Source: Octopus vulgaris | Lineage: Eukaryota | DNA length: 64,000 bases | NCBI GenBank assembly: GCA_951406725.2 | Contig: OX597816.1 | Location: forward strand, 151,590,001 to 151,654,000 | Reading direction: 5' to 3' | Shown here: positions 40,160 to 54,170 of the stretch, one piece after another | Numbering within the stretch: the first letter of the stretch is position 1 | Layout of the letters: the number at the start of each line of letters is the position of its first letter | The notes under the pieces: generated by a model | Told to the model about the DNA's origin: nothing | Databases searched by the model: none | The model's input: only the letters and a program-made list of their open reading frames with translations | Translations under genes and position numbers: made by a program

Positions 40160-40522
40160 CCCGGGTTCTGTCCCATTGCGTGGCACCTCGGGCAAGTGTC
40201 TTCTAAAATAGCCTCGGGCCGACCAAAGCCTTGTGAGAGGATTTAGTAGACGGAAACTGAAAGAAGCATGTCGTATATATGAATATGTATATATATGTGT
40301 GTGTGTGTGTGTTTGTGTGTCTGTGTTTGTCCCCCAACATTGCTTGACAACCGATGCTAGTGTGTTTACATTCCCTTAACCTAGCGGTTCGGCAAAAGAG
40401 ACCGATAGAATAAGTACTAGGCTTAGAAAGAATAAGTCCTGGGGTCGATTTGCTTGACTAAAGGTGCTGCTCCAACATGGCCGCAGTCAAATGACTGAAA
40501 CAAGTAAAAGAGTAAAAGAGTA
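40160..40522 (+). mobile_element. SINE family A, 5'-truncated
   Basis: Family body and gtaaaaga tail present. Confidence 0.9.
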
Positions 40523-40621
40523 TATCACTTTACACAAAACTCAATATCAGTGCTAAACTCACCATCTTTAAGATAGTGTGTTCGCGGTAATATGTGTGTA
40601 TGTCTGTGTTTGCCATTTATT

Positions 40622-40688
<67 letters not shown>

Positions 40689-41907
40689 CATTCATACAAG
40701 ATAGTTGAAGGAATAAAGGAGACAATATCTTACAAACTGAAATGGAATTTGCTTCCCTTTTTTTAGAGGTCAATTTATGTGCTTTAAAGATCTCATAACT
40801 TAACCAAGTATAATACATTGATATTTAATATATGCACATAGTTCTTCTATCTTCCTCTTCTATTCTTTAGTTTTATTTTTTTCTCTCTCTCATTTCCTTT
40901 TTCACCTTCTACCGCCGCCACACCTATCATCATTTCTTTCTTTTGGCTCACTTTCTTGGCTAATCTTATGAAAGACGAAGTCGGGGTAAAAAGAAAAAAT
41001 GCATTTATGTACGTGCAGTGAATAATCGAATTTTCTTCAAAGACGATAACATCTAAATGTAATTCATTTTTACCAAAATAATTTACATCAAATGCAGACA
41101 CACGAACAATTTATTCATACTTATTAATGCTAAATACTGTACTTAGTAACCAATTACTGTTCTATAGAATACTAAAACCTATTGCATTGTGGACTAACAG
41201 ACAGGCATGCAGACAGACAAACAGATAGGAAAAATAATGGGTCAATAGATTGTTTGAAAGAACCGGATTGATGGGTTGATAGATGCATCATTATATTATA
41301 TAACTAGTTTAATACGTTTTTCATACCTCTAGAAATTAGGTAACCGCCATCAACGTTTTCGAAGAATTCTCCTTTTCATTTTTCGTCGACGGAAATCGAT
41401 TTTTGTCTATAAATAGTCACATTCTCAATATCCTTCAGTTGTTTGTGTTTCCCAACTAATGTTCCATCAATACCAGCTTATTGATTTACTCTGATCGTAT
41501 TGCCAGTTTTGATTCTCCTACTTCCTAGCTTTCTACCGACCTTCACGCTGTTGCCGTCCAAGTAGGAGCTTACACGCGATAGTTCGACCTGCTAGAAATA
41601 CTAACCAAATATCATTCGAATAATGCACAGCCGTCTTTATACAAGAGAATGCTTTTCATAGTGTATGTCTGAAAAAAGATGGGATAGTCACTGATGGAAC
41701 GTCTTGGATTACAGGTTTGCTCGCTTAAGGCCATCTTTGGGTTCAACAATAACAATGACAAGAACGGTAACAACAGCAGCAGTACCACAACCAAGAAATA
41801 TTAACAATAACAGCAACTGCAATGCTGCTACAATTGTTTACTATCTGTTATTTTAATGTCCGGAGTAATTTACCATATTGTGTCGTGTATTTCTTTTCGT
41901 CATCAGC

Positions 41908-41999
<92 letters not shown>

Positions 42000-42242
42000 C
42001 ATACATATATATACATAAAGTGTCTAACACGTGTACAAACGTTTGGAAACCAATAAATGTTAATCTATTCATTAAAAAACATTTATACAAGTGTTACACG
42101 CTTTGTAAATTACTGTATCGCACACTACATTCAAATCGGTGACGAACCAGATTCTAAAGTCAAGGGGAGAGATATAAAAATAGTCTTAAATTAAGGATGG
42201 TAAATTCCTTAATTCCTGTTTAACACTAACCTAATTAATCTG

Positions 42243-42373
42243 TACATTATTTACATTTGACGGATATTTGTCCTCATCTTGTTTGTTGTAAACGCAACGT
42301 TTCGGTTGATGTACTCTTCAGCCTTCATCAGGAATTTCGAACCTGGGTTCTCATTCCTAAAGTATTTTTCCGA

Positions 42374-42436
<63 letters not shown>

Positions 42437-42587
42437 GCAGGACACTGCCTGGAATCGAACTCGGAATCTTGGGGTTATAGCCCCGAGCTCTTAACCACTA
42501 CGCCATATGGCGTAGTGGTTAAGAGCGCGGGCTATTAACCACAAGATTCCGAGTTCGATTCTAGGCAGTGACCTGCATAATAATAAT
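42243..42587 (-). mobile_element. tRNA-headed, (AAT)n-containing element with hammerhead-like tail and inverted head duplication
   Basis: Palindrome centred at 42506/42507; A-box tggcgtagtgg and B-box gagttcgattc in both arms; hammerhead core at 42291-42331 (-). Confidence 0.75.
42291..42331 (-). ncRNA. Hammerhead ribozyme core (stem I not intact)
   Basis: CTGATGA-a-ggctga-agagtaca-tcaacc-GAAAC-gttgc-GTT. Confidence 0.6.
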
Positions 42588-42651
42588 TACAACCGTATAT
42601 TACTAACTGTAAATAACACACACACACACACACACACTATACAATATATAT

Positions 42652-42697
<46 letters not shown>

Positions 42698-42904
42698 GTT
42701 CTTTATTAACCACTAGGGGCTAAACGTTTTACTAAATGCATTTGAAACAGGGGCTTGTTTACATATAGTGAGAGGTGCGTGGTTTTAGAATCGACTCTTC
42801 TTTCAATTAACTGGTACTTTATTTATCGACCCGGAAAGGATAAAAGGCAAAGTATATATATATATATATATATATATATAACTGATCATTGTTAAAGGCA
42901 AGAG

Positions 42905-42953
42905 GCACTTCTGGACATATGTTTCGGTCAGTTAGATCTCATTAGTATAGTGC
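42905..42953 (-). ncRNA. Degenerate minimal hammerhead (G5A)
   Basis: gcactata-CTAATGA-gatc-taact-gacc-GAAAC-atat-GTC-cagaagtgc. Confidence 0.5.
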
Positions 42954-43169
42954 AGACTTACAGTCTCACCTTGCCAGCAGATAGAAAGTTATACTACAAT
43001 TAGGTATATTTTAGCCAGAGTTGATTTGCATCAAAATTAAAAGAGCGATAAAAACAATTACTCGAAGACATTAGGCGTAAACTTGGATAATGAAGTTAAA
43101 CAGTAATGTACGGTATTCAGTACCCTAAGAGGTAATACTTATTTCCACCTAAACTGCAGCGCCGAGATC

Positions 43170-43215
43170 TCCAAATCACGTGATTTCGACCTTCCTTGGT
43201 CTCATCGGTGATGGA
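43170..43215 (-). ncRNA. Hammerhead-like motif (U4C variant)
   Basis: tccatca-CCGATGA-gacc-aaggaa-ggtc-GAAA-tcacgtga-TT-tgga: perfect stem II and palindromic stem III (ATCACGTGAT). Confidence 0.55.
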
Positions 43216-45835
43216 CGCTCGTCCGCTAGATATGGCAGCAACTCATCTCCCCGCAAACGATATATAGAAAATCAATGCCTGAACAAGCACTGTAGTCGCG
43301 ATTGGCCAGTAAGCTTGTTAAAAATATATATATTAGCGACAGCGGCAGTATTGATATCGAGAGGTAATATTTATTTCCACTTAAATGGGGATGTTCTGTA
43401 AGAACAAACTTCACTGGGGTAAATCGCATGAGAGAAACTCTCATATAGGCTTTAATAGAACATTCACGTTTAAGAGAGAACAAATATTCTCTCCGTGTTA
43501 ATACCGCCTCTGTCACTGATATGTCTTATTTAACAAGCTCACTGGCTAATCGCGACACCTGTCGCCTCTATTGCTAATATATATTTTTCAATGCACTAAG
43601 CTTTAACTTTTATTATCTAAATTCATGCGAATGGCCTCCTTGAGTGTCTAGCAACTTTCTTGGTACCTTTCTCCACTTTTCAGGCTATGCTTGATTCAGG
43701 GCTACAGCCTTGCCAAAAAGACGAGCGGTGATGTAGTATGATTATTAAATAAGGATCACGCCTGCACACCAATCAGGAAGCTTACGTCGCAATTGGAATC
43801 TCAGTGCATAGTTAGGTGACATTTGTCAGCTGTGACCACATCGGAGAGAATATTGGCAGTAGGTAGCATTTCAGACTAGGGGATTTTATCACTTCCTGCA
43901 GAAGCGAACCCACACACTTCCTATCTGTTCAATAGTCATTAGAAACGGTAGTACATCACCGAAGTGAAGTAGGTGTTCGTCACTTTCAAATTAAACACTG
44001 CGCGGCATTACATCAATGTTCCCATCCGCCAAGTGGTTTGGACTGAACCCAAATCCGAGCGCTTTAAGTATAACATTAAGAGCATGGACAAACACTGGGT
44101 AATTTTGTGATTAATCTGGTCTCCTATTACCATTTCATATCCTTCCAGTTTGGTCCAGATCCCCTGTCTATTAGCAGAAGGTTGCCTTCGGCGCCGCTCA
44201 GTATTTTTAATTAGGATATTCAACCCTCTAATTACTTTGTTCATCTGTTGTAAGAAGCAAAGGGAACGTCTGCGTCGTAAGGCTGTTCAACTCTTCTTAT
44301 AACTATTGTAGCATAGGAGAGTTACAATAGACTGTATTTCATGCAGCATCTTTAGTTGTGTGCTTATCACAACTAGTTTTGATACTGAAAGACTAGAAGT
44401 TGTATAATTGTAACAGATGGTGTTAGAGAAACAAAAGAAAATATATAAAACAAAAGACTAAAAATTTTTTTTCTTCTTTTTTTTATATTTTGTGAATATG
44501 AAATTCAGTAGAAAATCTGGCAAGAGATATAATTATCGCGCTGAAACGTAAGAAGAAAATGCTTGAGGAAAAGCCAGATAAACTGTATAGAACAAAAAGT
44601 AAACTGATTCCAAAACTAGGCAAAGGAGAGACGTTAGCAAACGAATTAGTTTATCAAGAATGTTAACTTTCTCCAAAGAGCTGTTTCGTTATTTTATTTG
44701 GCGTATTCCTTTAACCTTCGCCTACTAGAAGACAGATTTGTTTAACATCCAGGTTCAAAATAGCAATAAACTAGTAATCGCGTAGGTTTTCGTATCATAG
44801 CTGAAACGATTTATCACCCTGTGTGCTAGAAATATCAAGTTAGGCTTGCCCAAAGTTATAACTTACTTTTACCTTCTCGGAAGATTTAGTTCATCTCTTA
44901 ATCAGCGAGCATCGGAGAGAAGTTTAGCTCCTAAAGAAACAACTGCAATCCAGTTTCACTTCAAAGTTATAACCATTACATGTCTTTAATGCACCATGGG
45001 AAAGTATATCCGTACTAACATCTTCCCTTGAAAATATTATAATTGATTTGCTACTGACAAACTCTTTTGGTTGAGAAAAGTGATGCAATTACTTTTAATT
45101 ACGTTTGCATGCGATAAATAAATGATTGATTAACTAATCCTAATCGTTTTATAATGCTTTAATGTCATATCTCCTCACATGTAACCTGTTTTTTTTTTCT
45201 TTTTGTTTTTATGGCTTAATCAGAGAAAGCAAAGCAATGCTCTTGACCTTTCTTTTTTTAAGGTCTCAGAGGTTGATGAGAGAAGGGATAAGTTCTCTTC
45301 TGGCTGAAAAACCTGCGCGACTGCTTGCAACAGAGAGGACTCCATTTAAGGCCAAGTAGTAGTATTAAAACTAAGCAACGGATTAAGCCTACTACTAAAC
45401 AACAATTGTTAGATCTGGAGGTGAAGAAGATAGCGATAAATATGTTGGTTCATAAAAGACGAGAAACAAGAAAAATAACGAGAGACATTTAAAATGATTT
45501 CATTTAAATATAAAGTATAAAAATATCTAAAATTATTTCATTCAAATATAAATCGTAAAATGTTGTCTCAAAACGGTTAGCTAGTAGTAGTAATATTCCA
45601 CGAAAACGATCAAATAGCAATGTAGTCGGTGAGTGCACTGTTTAACAGATGAATATTTTATTAGCTTGCAATGTTGAATTGAAGTCCTCATGTAAGTAAA
45701 CATTACTCGTAATAGATTGGTGTTCCTCTCTGGTTCGCAATCGCCTTTTACTTATTTACGGTACAATGGAGGTTACATAAAAAATTAATAGCGCACTTCA
45801 CAAGGAAAATGACAAAAAATAAACGAAAACAAAGG

Positions 45836-46325
<490 letters not shown>

Positions 46326-48723
46326 TATATATATATAATTATACAGAGCAACTTTACCAAATGTGTCCCTCAATTTTAAAATCATAGTGTGGAACTCGAG
46401 TCGAATTTGGTTGTTATATCTTGCATGTCGAACGATTGCGTAGAGATTTCCCTTAATTGATCGTATTATTGAAAGTTAAATGCCACGAAATTAGGTAGGG
46501 GGCATTAGGTCCCTATAAGACTCTTAAGACTTACACCACAGCAAGGGTGACCAAATTGTTTGATAATATACACACACACACACACACACACATAAAGGGA
46601 GAGCGAGAGGGGAGTTAATCTCTGCTCATTGACATTTTCTATTGATTTTCATCTTTATAGTTAATACTTTAAAATCCGGATGAAACCTGATACTATCTTG
46701 GGAATAACAAAATAACTTTCAGAGTCCGCAATTTGACCACAGTTTTACTATAGTCTGGATGCACACAAAAAATTACGATTATCGTAAATGTTACAATTCC
46801 TGCATCACCGATGCTTAAAGACCACTTCAAACCCTCTCACAGCACCGTTGGCATGCTTTGTATCGTTCGATGTTTCTGTAGTAGGAAACTGGAAACCATC
46901 CAGTATACCCCCTTGAATCACTTCATGAAGTCTAAGTACCCAATGGCATTACAAGGAAAGAATGCTTTACAGAGCATTTCTTACAAGCTCAACAAATTGC
47001 AACAAAGAATATATTTTAAAACATGAATACTGCGATGAAGTCCGATGTTGAAATTTCATCTAAATATGACATTTATCTATATTATATAGCTAAATTATTT
47101 AAGGGAATGGAATAAAAATTTTAAGATTGTTCGATCTTTCTTTAATATTTCATACAGAAATGTTAATATTTGATTAAAAAGAAATAATACTAAGTTCTCC
47201 ACTAACTACAACGACTAACAAAGCTAAAAAAATCCACCGGTGAGTCTCTATGTAGTTGTTCGGCATACTAGAAGTAACAGCCGAATTCCTTTCAAATCAA
47301 ATCTGCTTTCTTAAACAATGAAAACACATTGAATAATGTAGTCCGAAACATATAACGTACGACTGATACTTAATCAAGATTAATGTAGGGCTAAACATTA
47401 ACAAACAACAAGAGCGACTAACTAAAGCAGTGCTTACTAGCAGATTCAGAAACGTAAAGCGATGACACAGAAGTCCTACTCCTGCCTGATAAGACTCCCA
47501 GGGGATCATGGTAACTTCTAGACAGCAATAAATAACTGAAGCCTGTTGGATTAAGTGCGCTCTCTCGGGGTACAATGAAACGAAAAAGTGAATTTTTGAA
47601 CAATTAGTTCAATGTCATAGCCACTCAGCTATATGGCATGTACGTTTGTCATTTAGTTAGAGAAAAAAGAATAATGTGTATAGGGTAGATCAGCTCTAGA
47701 GAAATAGAATATGTCTCGGAATAGTCAAGAACCGAGAGAATGTTACAGTACCAAGTCAGTCCTGATTAAGCAGATTTATTGTTAAAAGCGTTCCAGTTAT
47801 GACCATTCGGCATTTTACTCAGGGAGAATGTATCTAGGACAACATCATTCGCTTGTTTTTTGGGATTTTTTTTAGGACGGTGGGATGTAATTTGAGAGAG
47901 ATTTGGCTGCTTAATATAAGGACGCCGAGCGATCTTATGGAGGCTGTCGTATCTAGAATAAAGAAATGGTGAAAACTGGAGTGTACCAGCAAGTACACTG
48001 CTATAGTGTCCAGACGTATAGTCTCCAAGCATATATGTCTCAGCTCACTCTTAATTCAAAATAACAATTACCAAAGCACGTTTGAATAATATGACGTGAA
48101 TATTTTATAGACAGACGACCGTAAAACTTGGAAAAGTTCCAATGCATTATTCCAAGAGAATCATTTGTTTATGAATAAGAAATCTTTTAGAGGAAAACGT
48201 CTTTCATGTTTCTTTAAATGATTTTGTTTCCTTTGCCTAATATACCTTTTGTTTGTTTTTAAATTAGAAGGTCGTTATTGTAGTGTAGTAGTGATACAGG
48301 ATGTGTGGTGGCGGCGGAGACATAGCTTTAACAGTAGTAGTTGTCATAGCAACATTGAGCTAGAGGGCAATTACAATATCTGCACACCAGTTATTTTTAA
48401 AGAAGATTAATTTCTTATTGTCATTATATCTTTTAATAAAATCTCACGCAATATAGTTGAAAAACTTCGATTTGTTGAGAGTATTCATACAACCAGTTGA
48501 CGAAAACTTCCTCTATGCGTATTTAAAGTGTAAAAACAACAAACAAGAGAGTTGTCTCCAATAATGTCAGTTGATCGAAATTTTAGGACAATATAAACAA
48601 CTCAAATTGAAGTGGATTTGATAACTAAAGTTGGCTCATGAAAGCAGTGGACATGTGTCCTATTAGATTTGTTAGAGAAACATATACATACTTAACAAAA
48701 CTAAGAATGACCTATATATATAT

Positions 48724-48842
48724 TCTTTTATTCTCTCACTTGTTTCAGTCATTTAACTTCAGCCATGCTGGAGCACCGCCTTAAATGGTTTTTTAGTCGA
48801 AGAAATCGACCCCAGGACTTATTCCATTGGTCTCTTTTGCCA
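48724..48842 (-). mobile_element. SINE family A 3' fragment
   Basis: cttgtttcagtcattt...gccatgctggagcaccgcc...atcgaccccaggactt. Confidence 0.8.
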
Positions 48843-48854
48843 AAACTAAGAAGT

Positions 48855-48894
<40 letters not shown>

Positions 48895-49399
48895 TCACTT
48901 CTTAGTCTTACCAATTGAGTGTAGAATATACTATTGCTTTCTCTAGTTGGTTTTAAAAACAAGATCCATTTCCAACTACGTTGTCCTTATTTTCCAAAAA
49001 TTTCATTTGATTAATTTTTAATGCAGTCATTTTCCTTAGATTTTTTTTCCTTTTAGACTTTAAACAAACCCGCAGAAGATTTTGTCTCCCGATTGCATGA
49101 GCAATCTTAACTAATTAAAGTTTTTCAACTTCCTATATTGCATATGTGAAAACCTATTGAGTGAATATTTAATGTATAGAACCCTTCCCAAGATCTTTCA
49201 CTCGGCCATGTGTCATTATTAGCAATAAATATCGGTCTTCGAAATTCGACATCCGGATCTTAGCGTTAAGAAATGAACTTCTGAACGCAAATTCTGCCGC
49301 AGAAGAATTAAATCATCAAATGTAATGCCAGCTAACAAACAACTGAAGGCACCTGAGAAAATTCTCGCTTCTTGTAAAACACATTTTAACTATATATAT

Positions 49400-50005
49400 C
49401 AATGTTTATATATAGAAGTATACTTTACATCTAAACCCAGATACAGATAGACATAAGACAACAATAACAAAAAAGAACCAAATGCCAAGAATTTTGTATA
49501 TAAACTTCTAGGCATGTGTATCTTATAATCGCAGCATATTGAATGCAGGTGTACATTCTGATTTCCTGTTGCTGTCTACGACTTGACTCATGGTGTAAGA
49601 GTTTCAGAAGCGCAGTTTATGAATGTTGTGGAGGTCATGTTTTTCCCAAAGACGTTTATGGTGCAAGTCAAATGAAAATGGTTTCAACAGAGAATTGAAA
49701 AGAGCAAGAGAGTTAGCAACATTATTCAAAAAATCTTAACGATAATGATTTTCCAGCACAAATGTAACATTTACAAGATTTACGTAAAACTAACAATAGA
49801 AAGCCAGATTGTCTTAATTCCCGTAACTCTAGCATCAACTGAACGATCTTTTAGCAAAATGAAAAATATCAAACCTGCTTTTAAGGTTTACCATATCTCA
49901 ACTTGACGAGTTGATTTAGCAAAATTGAGTAGTGAATGGAGTATTGCGTGAAAAATTGATTAAATATTTGGCAGATAAGAAAAAAGCCAGAAAAGCTAAT
50001 TTCAT
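49400..50005 (+). pseudogene. hAT transposase C-terminal (dimerisation domain) relic
   Basis: IPVTLASTERSFSKMKNIK at ~49815-49873, followed by ...LADKKKARKANF. Confidence 0.7.
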
Positions 50006-50886
50006 CAGCTGATTAGGATTATTGTTGCTTTGTATAAAGTATATTGTTATCTGGTCATTCTGGTACACAGGGAATAAAGTATTTACAAAAGTTTACCAAC
50101 GACCGTATTCAAATAGCTTGAGATTAGCCACCACCTTCAATTAGGCCTTCATAATCATCCTCCAGAAGCTGACAATTTTGTTCATATTTTATATTTCTCT
50201 CCCTATAAAAAAAGAACAACTTTAAAATGTAGCATTATACTTTTATCTTTATTGAAAAGATATAAGAATTTAAGGTCTATTTGTACCTTAAATCCTCAAT
50301 TTTGAAAGTACTCCTCTGCGACGTCTAAAAGTAGTCACTGTTTTGCGAATTTTCTTACGGTGCCAAGTCATAGGTCTGTTCAATCAGAGCTAACATGAAG
50401 TTACACAACGGCGACGATGACGACCACGGAAAACATACTAAAATAGACTGGATAGTGAAGAAAGACGCTCAGTCTCCAAGGCAAAGCCAGGTTCTAAATC
50501 TAGAGAGCGCGAGCACATTAAAATAGGCACCGTAACACATACCAAACAATTTAAAACTTATTTCTCTTATGTTAAGCGAAATAATTCATTTATTATAATA
50601 CACATAATTGTATTCTACATTCATTAATTTCATGTTTCAGTAACAATGTCATTATGTATGAGACTTACAGCTACTGATATAGGTGTGACATTAACGAGAT
50701 GAAACTCCACGTGATTGTCCAGTGTCGAGAGGTTATGACGTCAGACCTTGTTTTAGTTTTTTAGATGTTAGCGGTTACCAATACATAATCACCAATACAT
50801 CAGAGGAAATTGAGTAGACAGTTCAGAGACACGGAGGTTGGTCAAATAAAGCAATGGCTATAGTTCTTCCAAGGCAATACGATTAA

Positions 50887-50954
<68 letters not shown>

Positions 50955-51178
50955 TCGCAGAAGTACACTATAGAGTTAAAAGAATTGTTGAAAAAAAGCT
51001 CCAATTTTGAAAAGTGTGCTTGTGGGGAGCGATCATTCCCTTTTACTCTCTTGTTAGTTACGTCACTGCTCAGCCGGTCACATTGTTCCACATACACTTA
51101 AGCACTGCATATTAGAATGTGTCGTATGGTTTCTCAATTAGACAAAGGTGTTATCCATGAATATGTAGATTGAACGTG

Positions 51179-51335
51179 GAGGCGCGTGGCTTAGTGGTTA
51201 GGGTATCAGCATCATGATCGTAAGATTGTGGTTTCGATTCCTGGACCGGGCGACGCGTGAACACATACGCCACAGAAACCGGGAAACCGGGCCCATAAGC
51301 CTGGCTAGGTTTGAAAAGGGCGCATAAATAAATAA
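51179..51335 (+). mobile_element. SINE family C, internally deleted (head joined to tail)
   Basis: tggcttagtggttaggg...ggtttcgattcctggacc joined directly to gaacacatacgccacagaaaccggg; (TAAA)n tail. Confidence 0.8.
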
Positions 51336-51847
51336 TGTAGATTAAACCTAATTGTTTGATTGTCTACCTAGTTTTATTCGATCTTAAGTTTACATGACTG
51401 GAACGTACCCATACACCCCTTCCCCCACACATTATACAGTCATAGTACAACAAAACTGAATTTTTTAACATTGGAAAATGATTGTGTGTAAGTAATTCTG
51501 TAAGAACAACTTAGACAAGGTCTAGATTTTAAGAAGACAGGACATGAGACTGTCTCTAAATAAACTGAGACTATTACATTTGTGATTAAAGCAAAATTAG
51601 AAAATAATTCATCTCAAAATATCACTTCCTTTTTCTAACACAATTTTAATTTTCAAACTTATTAGCCTCTTCTTTAGTATGTATATTAACACTATGTTTC
51701 AATCGATTTGGTCTCAAATTGCTATCAGATGTCCTCTTCTAGGACATCTTGTAGGAATACTATGTAAAAATTGTAAATATTCACTCTAAAGATTATGTCA
51801 ACAACCTGGAAAATTATAATCGTATTAACAACCCATCTTAAACACTT

Positions 51848-51885
<38 letters not shown>

Positions 51886-52837
51886 ACCATTCTCCGCGGT
51901 ATCTTTTTATAGGAAAAAGTCAGATAAACAAATGCATAAAATAAATATACAAATGATAAAAGTACATGTCTATTTAAGAAATGCAAAATTACAGCAACAG
52001 TAGATAAAATACAGCCACTGTAGTTTACTGACACATTCTTTTGAAATGAAGTTATTGATTTAATAACACCCAACTTACACTGGTAAAAAAAAAAATGAAC
52101 TACGTTTTCAAACATTCATCGAACTGGCCAACCAGTGAATCGCCCATGTGAATACAAATTATTTGGGCGTATTTTTAGCTCGTACATTTGCTCCCGTATC
52201 TATTTTTGGACTTCGTTTAGACATAATCGAACTGTACAAACAATTTCATTTCGCTATATTTCGTCCTGCTAATTTCTATATTAACTAATATATCACGAGT
52301 GTATAGACTGCAGGTGATAAAATAGGAATAATCGATATTTCACTTCCACTACTTCAGTTATATTTTGGCAGACGACTACTTAAGAATCACTAGCATCCTC
52401 TATAAGCTGTTCGTTTCGTTGCTGATCAATTTATTTGGAGGTAACCTTCACAATGTTTCTCCAACAGAATCTAGAGAAGCTGACCTCGATTTCAATTATT
52501 CAACTACTTCCCAGTAAAGTCGAATTTACTTCTCAGTAAAGTCGAATTTACTGATTTCTATTATGCTTCTTCAGTTTCCATTTCCGCTCACGTTTTTAGC
52601 GCGTGTACGCACACACGCAAACATGCACTTCTATAATTTAATAATCACTCTTTAGATTTGACTTGTTATGCTGAAGGTGTTAAGAAATGGGTGGACGCTA
52701 CCATTCCCACTTTCACCATCATCAGGAAAATGGTTTCATAAAGTACTTATTGAAAAATTAAATTTCTTACATTGGTACTAAATCAGAAGTTTATGCACAC
52801 GAGAAAATCATGTGACGATCATGCCATTTTAGAGCTT

Positions 52838-52928
<91 letters not shown>

Positions 52929-52929
52929 G
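52838..52929. repeat. (AAT)n switching to (ATT)n: palindromic microsatellite
   Basis: Orientation switch at ~52890. Confidence 0.9.
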
Positions 52930-53335
52930 AGTGAGAGCTGTGCATTCCATCAAAGTGACACTGGGGTACAAATATACGAAGCCCAATATACTCATCATGA
53001 CCCCGTCTGATAAAGTATACCAGGTACATACATCACAACCATATGTGCGCAACACGGTGATCTCATATCAAGATAAACAGCGCATGACTTTGTCCAGTTA
53101 AAAATTTTTTTTAGGTCGAGTAGCCCATCCTACTCAAAAGGCCCCTGAATAAGGTTTGTTTAAGGATGATGATCGAAACACCCATGTTTCCACAGGTGAA
53201 TTATTAAAACCTCAACGAATTCCTCTTAACACATGGCTATGATACTCCCCCACATACCGTCAGTTAAGGTCAAGCAACTGACAAGCAAATCTATGGTGTT
53301 CAGCAGAATATTTGCTATACCCCATTTTTAAATTA
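52930..53335. mobile_element. Unclassified sequence flanked by (TTA)n; possibly a Dong/R4 untranslated end
   Basis: GC-richer block bounded by (TTA)n on both sides, like the Dong copies; no ORF recognised. Confidence 0.35.
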
Positions 53336-54011
53336 TCATTATTATTATTGTTGTTGTAGTTGTTTACTCAGTAGAAATCGATTGCATTGCGTCTAGATTA
53401 TTATGGATGACTTCGCAACTGGGGAAGTGCAGTGCATTCATTACCAAAAATGCTTAACTATCAATGTTTCAAGTACACCTAGTTGTAAGTAACTGCCATC
53501 TGAAGATACAACTGGAAGCTTTAATCACTGTTTATTCGATAAGTGCATGTATATAAGACGAATTCATGATTATGTTTCAGTTCCTGGTTAGAGTCATTTC
53601 ATTTCACTTCTCTTAAGAAATGCATAAACATAACAGCAACATGATTATAAAAACGGTATGAAATGAATTAAGATACAAGTTTCTTTAAAGTAATGGTAAA
53701 TTACATTTGTTGTATTGATTTATAATTGATATATCGAATGACATAAAATAGATTAGCTTCAGTCTTAGGCATACGATATCTTAAGCTCAAACAGAGACAA
53801 CCTTCACATTAAAGGTATCATACCGAGATAACATTTGAATTAAAGGTATCATAGATAAAGGAGTTTGTATGAAAAACTTTTTAACCCAATCTTCCTTATA
53901 TTTATATTCCTATAAATAAATCCTGAACTATAAACAGTTGCAGCAAGCTATGGTACCTATTCATGATTTATAAGAAGTAAGGCAGGAAATTCTTAGACTT
54001 TTGTTAATTAC

Positions 54012-54170
54012 AATATTTACTTGTTTATAAGTCGCACCCCTAATTTAGAGTTAGGTCTTGGTACAATTTTTCCCTTCATAGTTTTAGCTTTTCCCCGTGT
54101 GTAAGTCGCACGTTAGTTCATTTAGTTAAAATCAAATATAAAACAGGGCAACTTATACACAAGTAGATAA
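54012..54170. mobile_element. Small pogo/Tc1-like MITE relic
   Basis: tatttacttgtttataagtcgcac ... gcaacttatacacaagtagata form imperfect TIRs; internal taagtcgcac repeat. Confidence 0.4.

Noticed and set aside
42508-42575. Functional tRNA gene
   Set aside because: The acceptor stem is missing, there is no T-run terminator, and it lies in a palindromic repeat; treated as a SINE-type head. The same applies to the heads at 9457, 51179 and 55139.
45263-45359. Possible + strand exon after tttttttaAG
   Set aside because: No clear donor site or homology, and it is on the opposite strand to the other weak exon candidates.
52050-52450. Possible hAT transposase relic on the minus strand
   Set aside because: Only faint motif resemblance (ILSPAV, DTGANV); too decayed to support.
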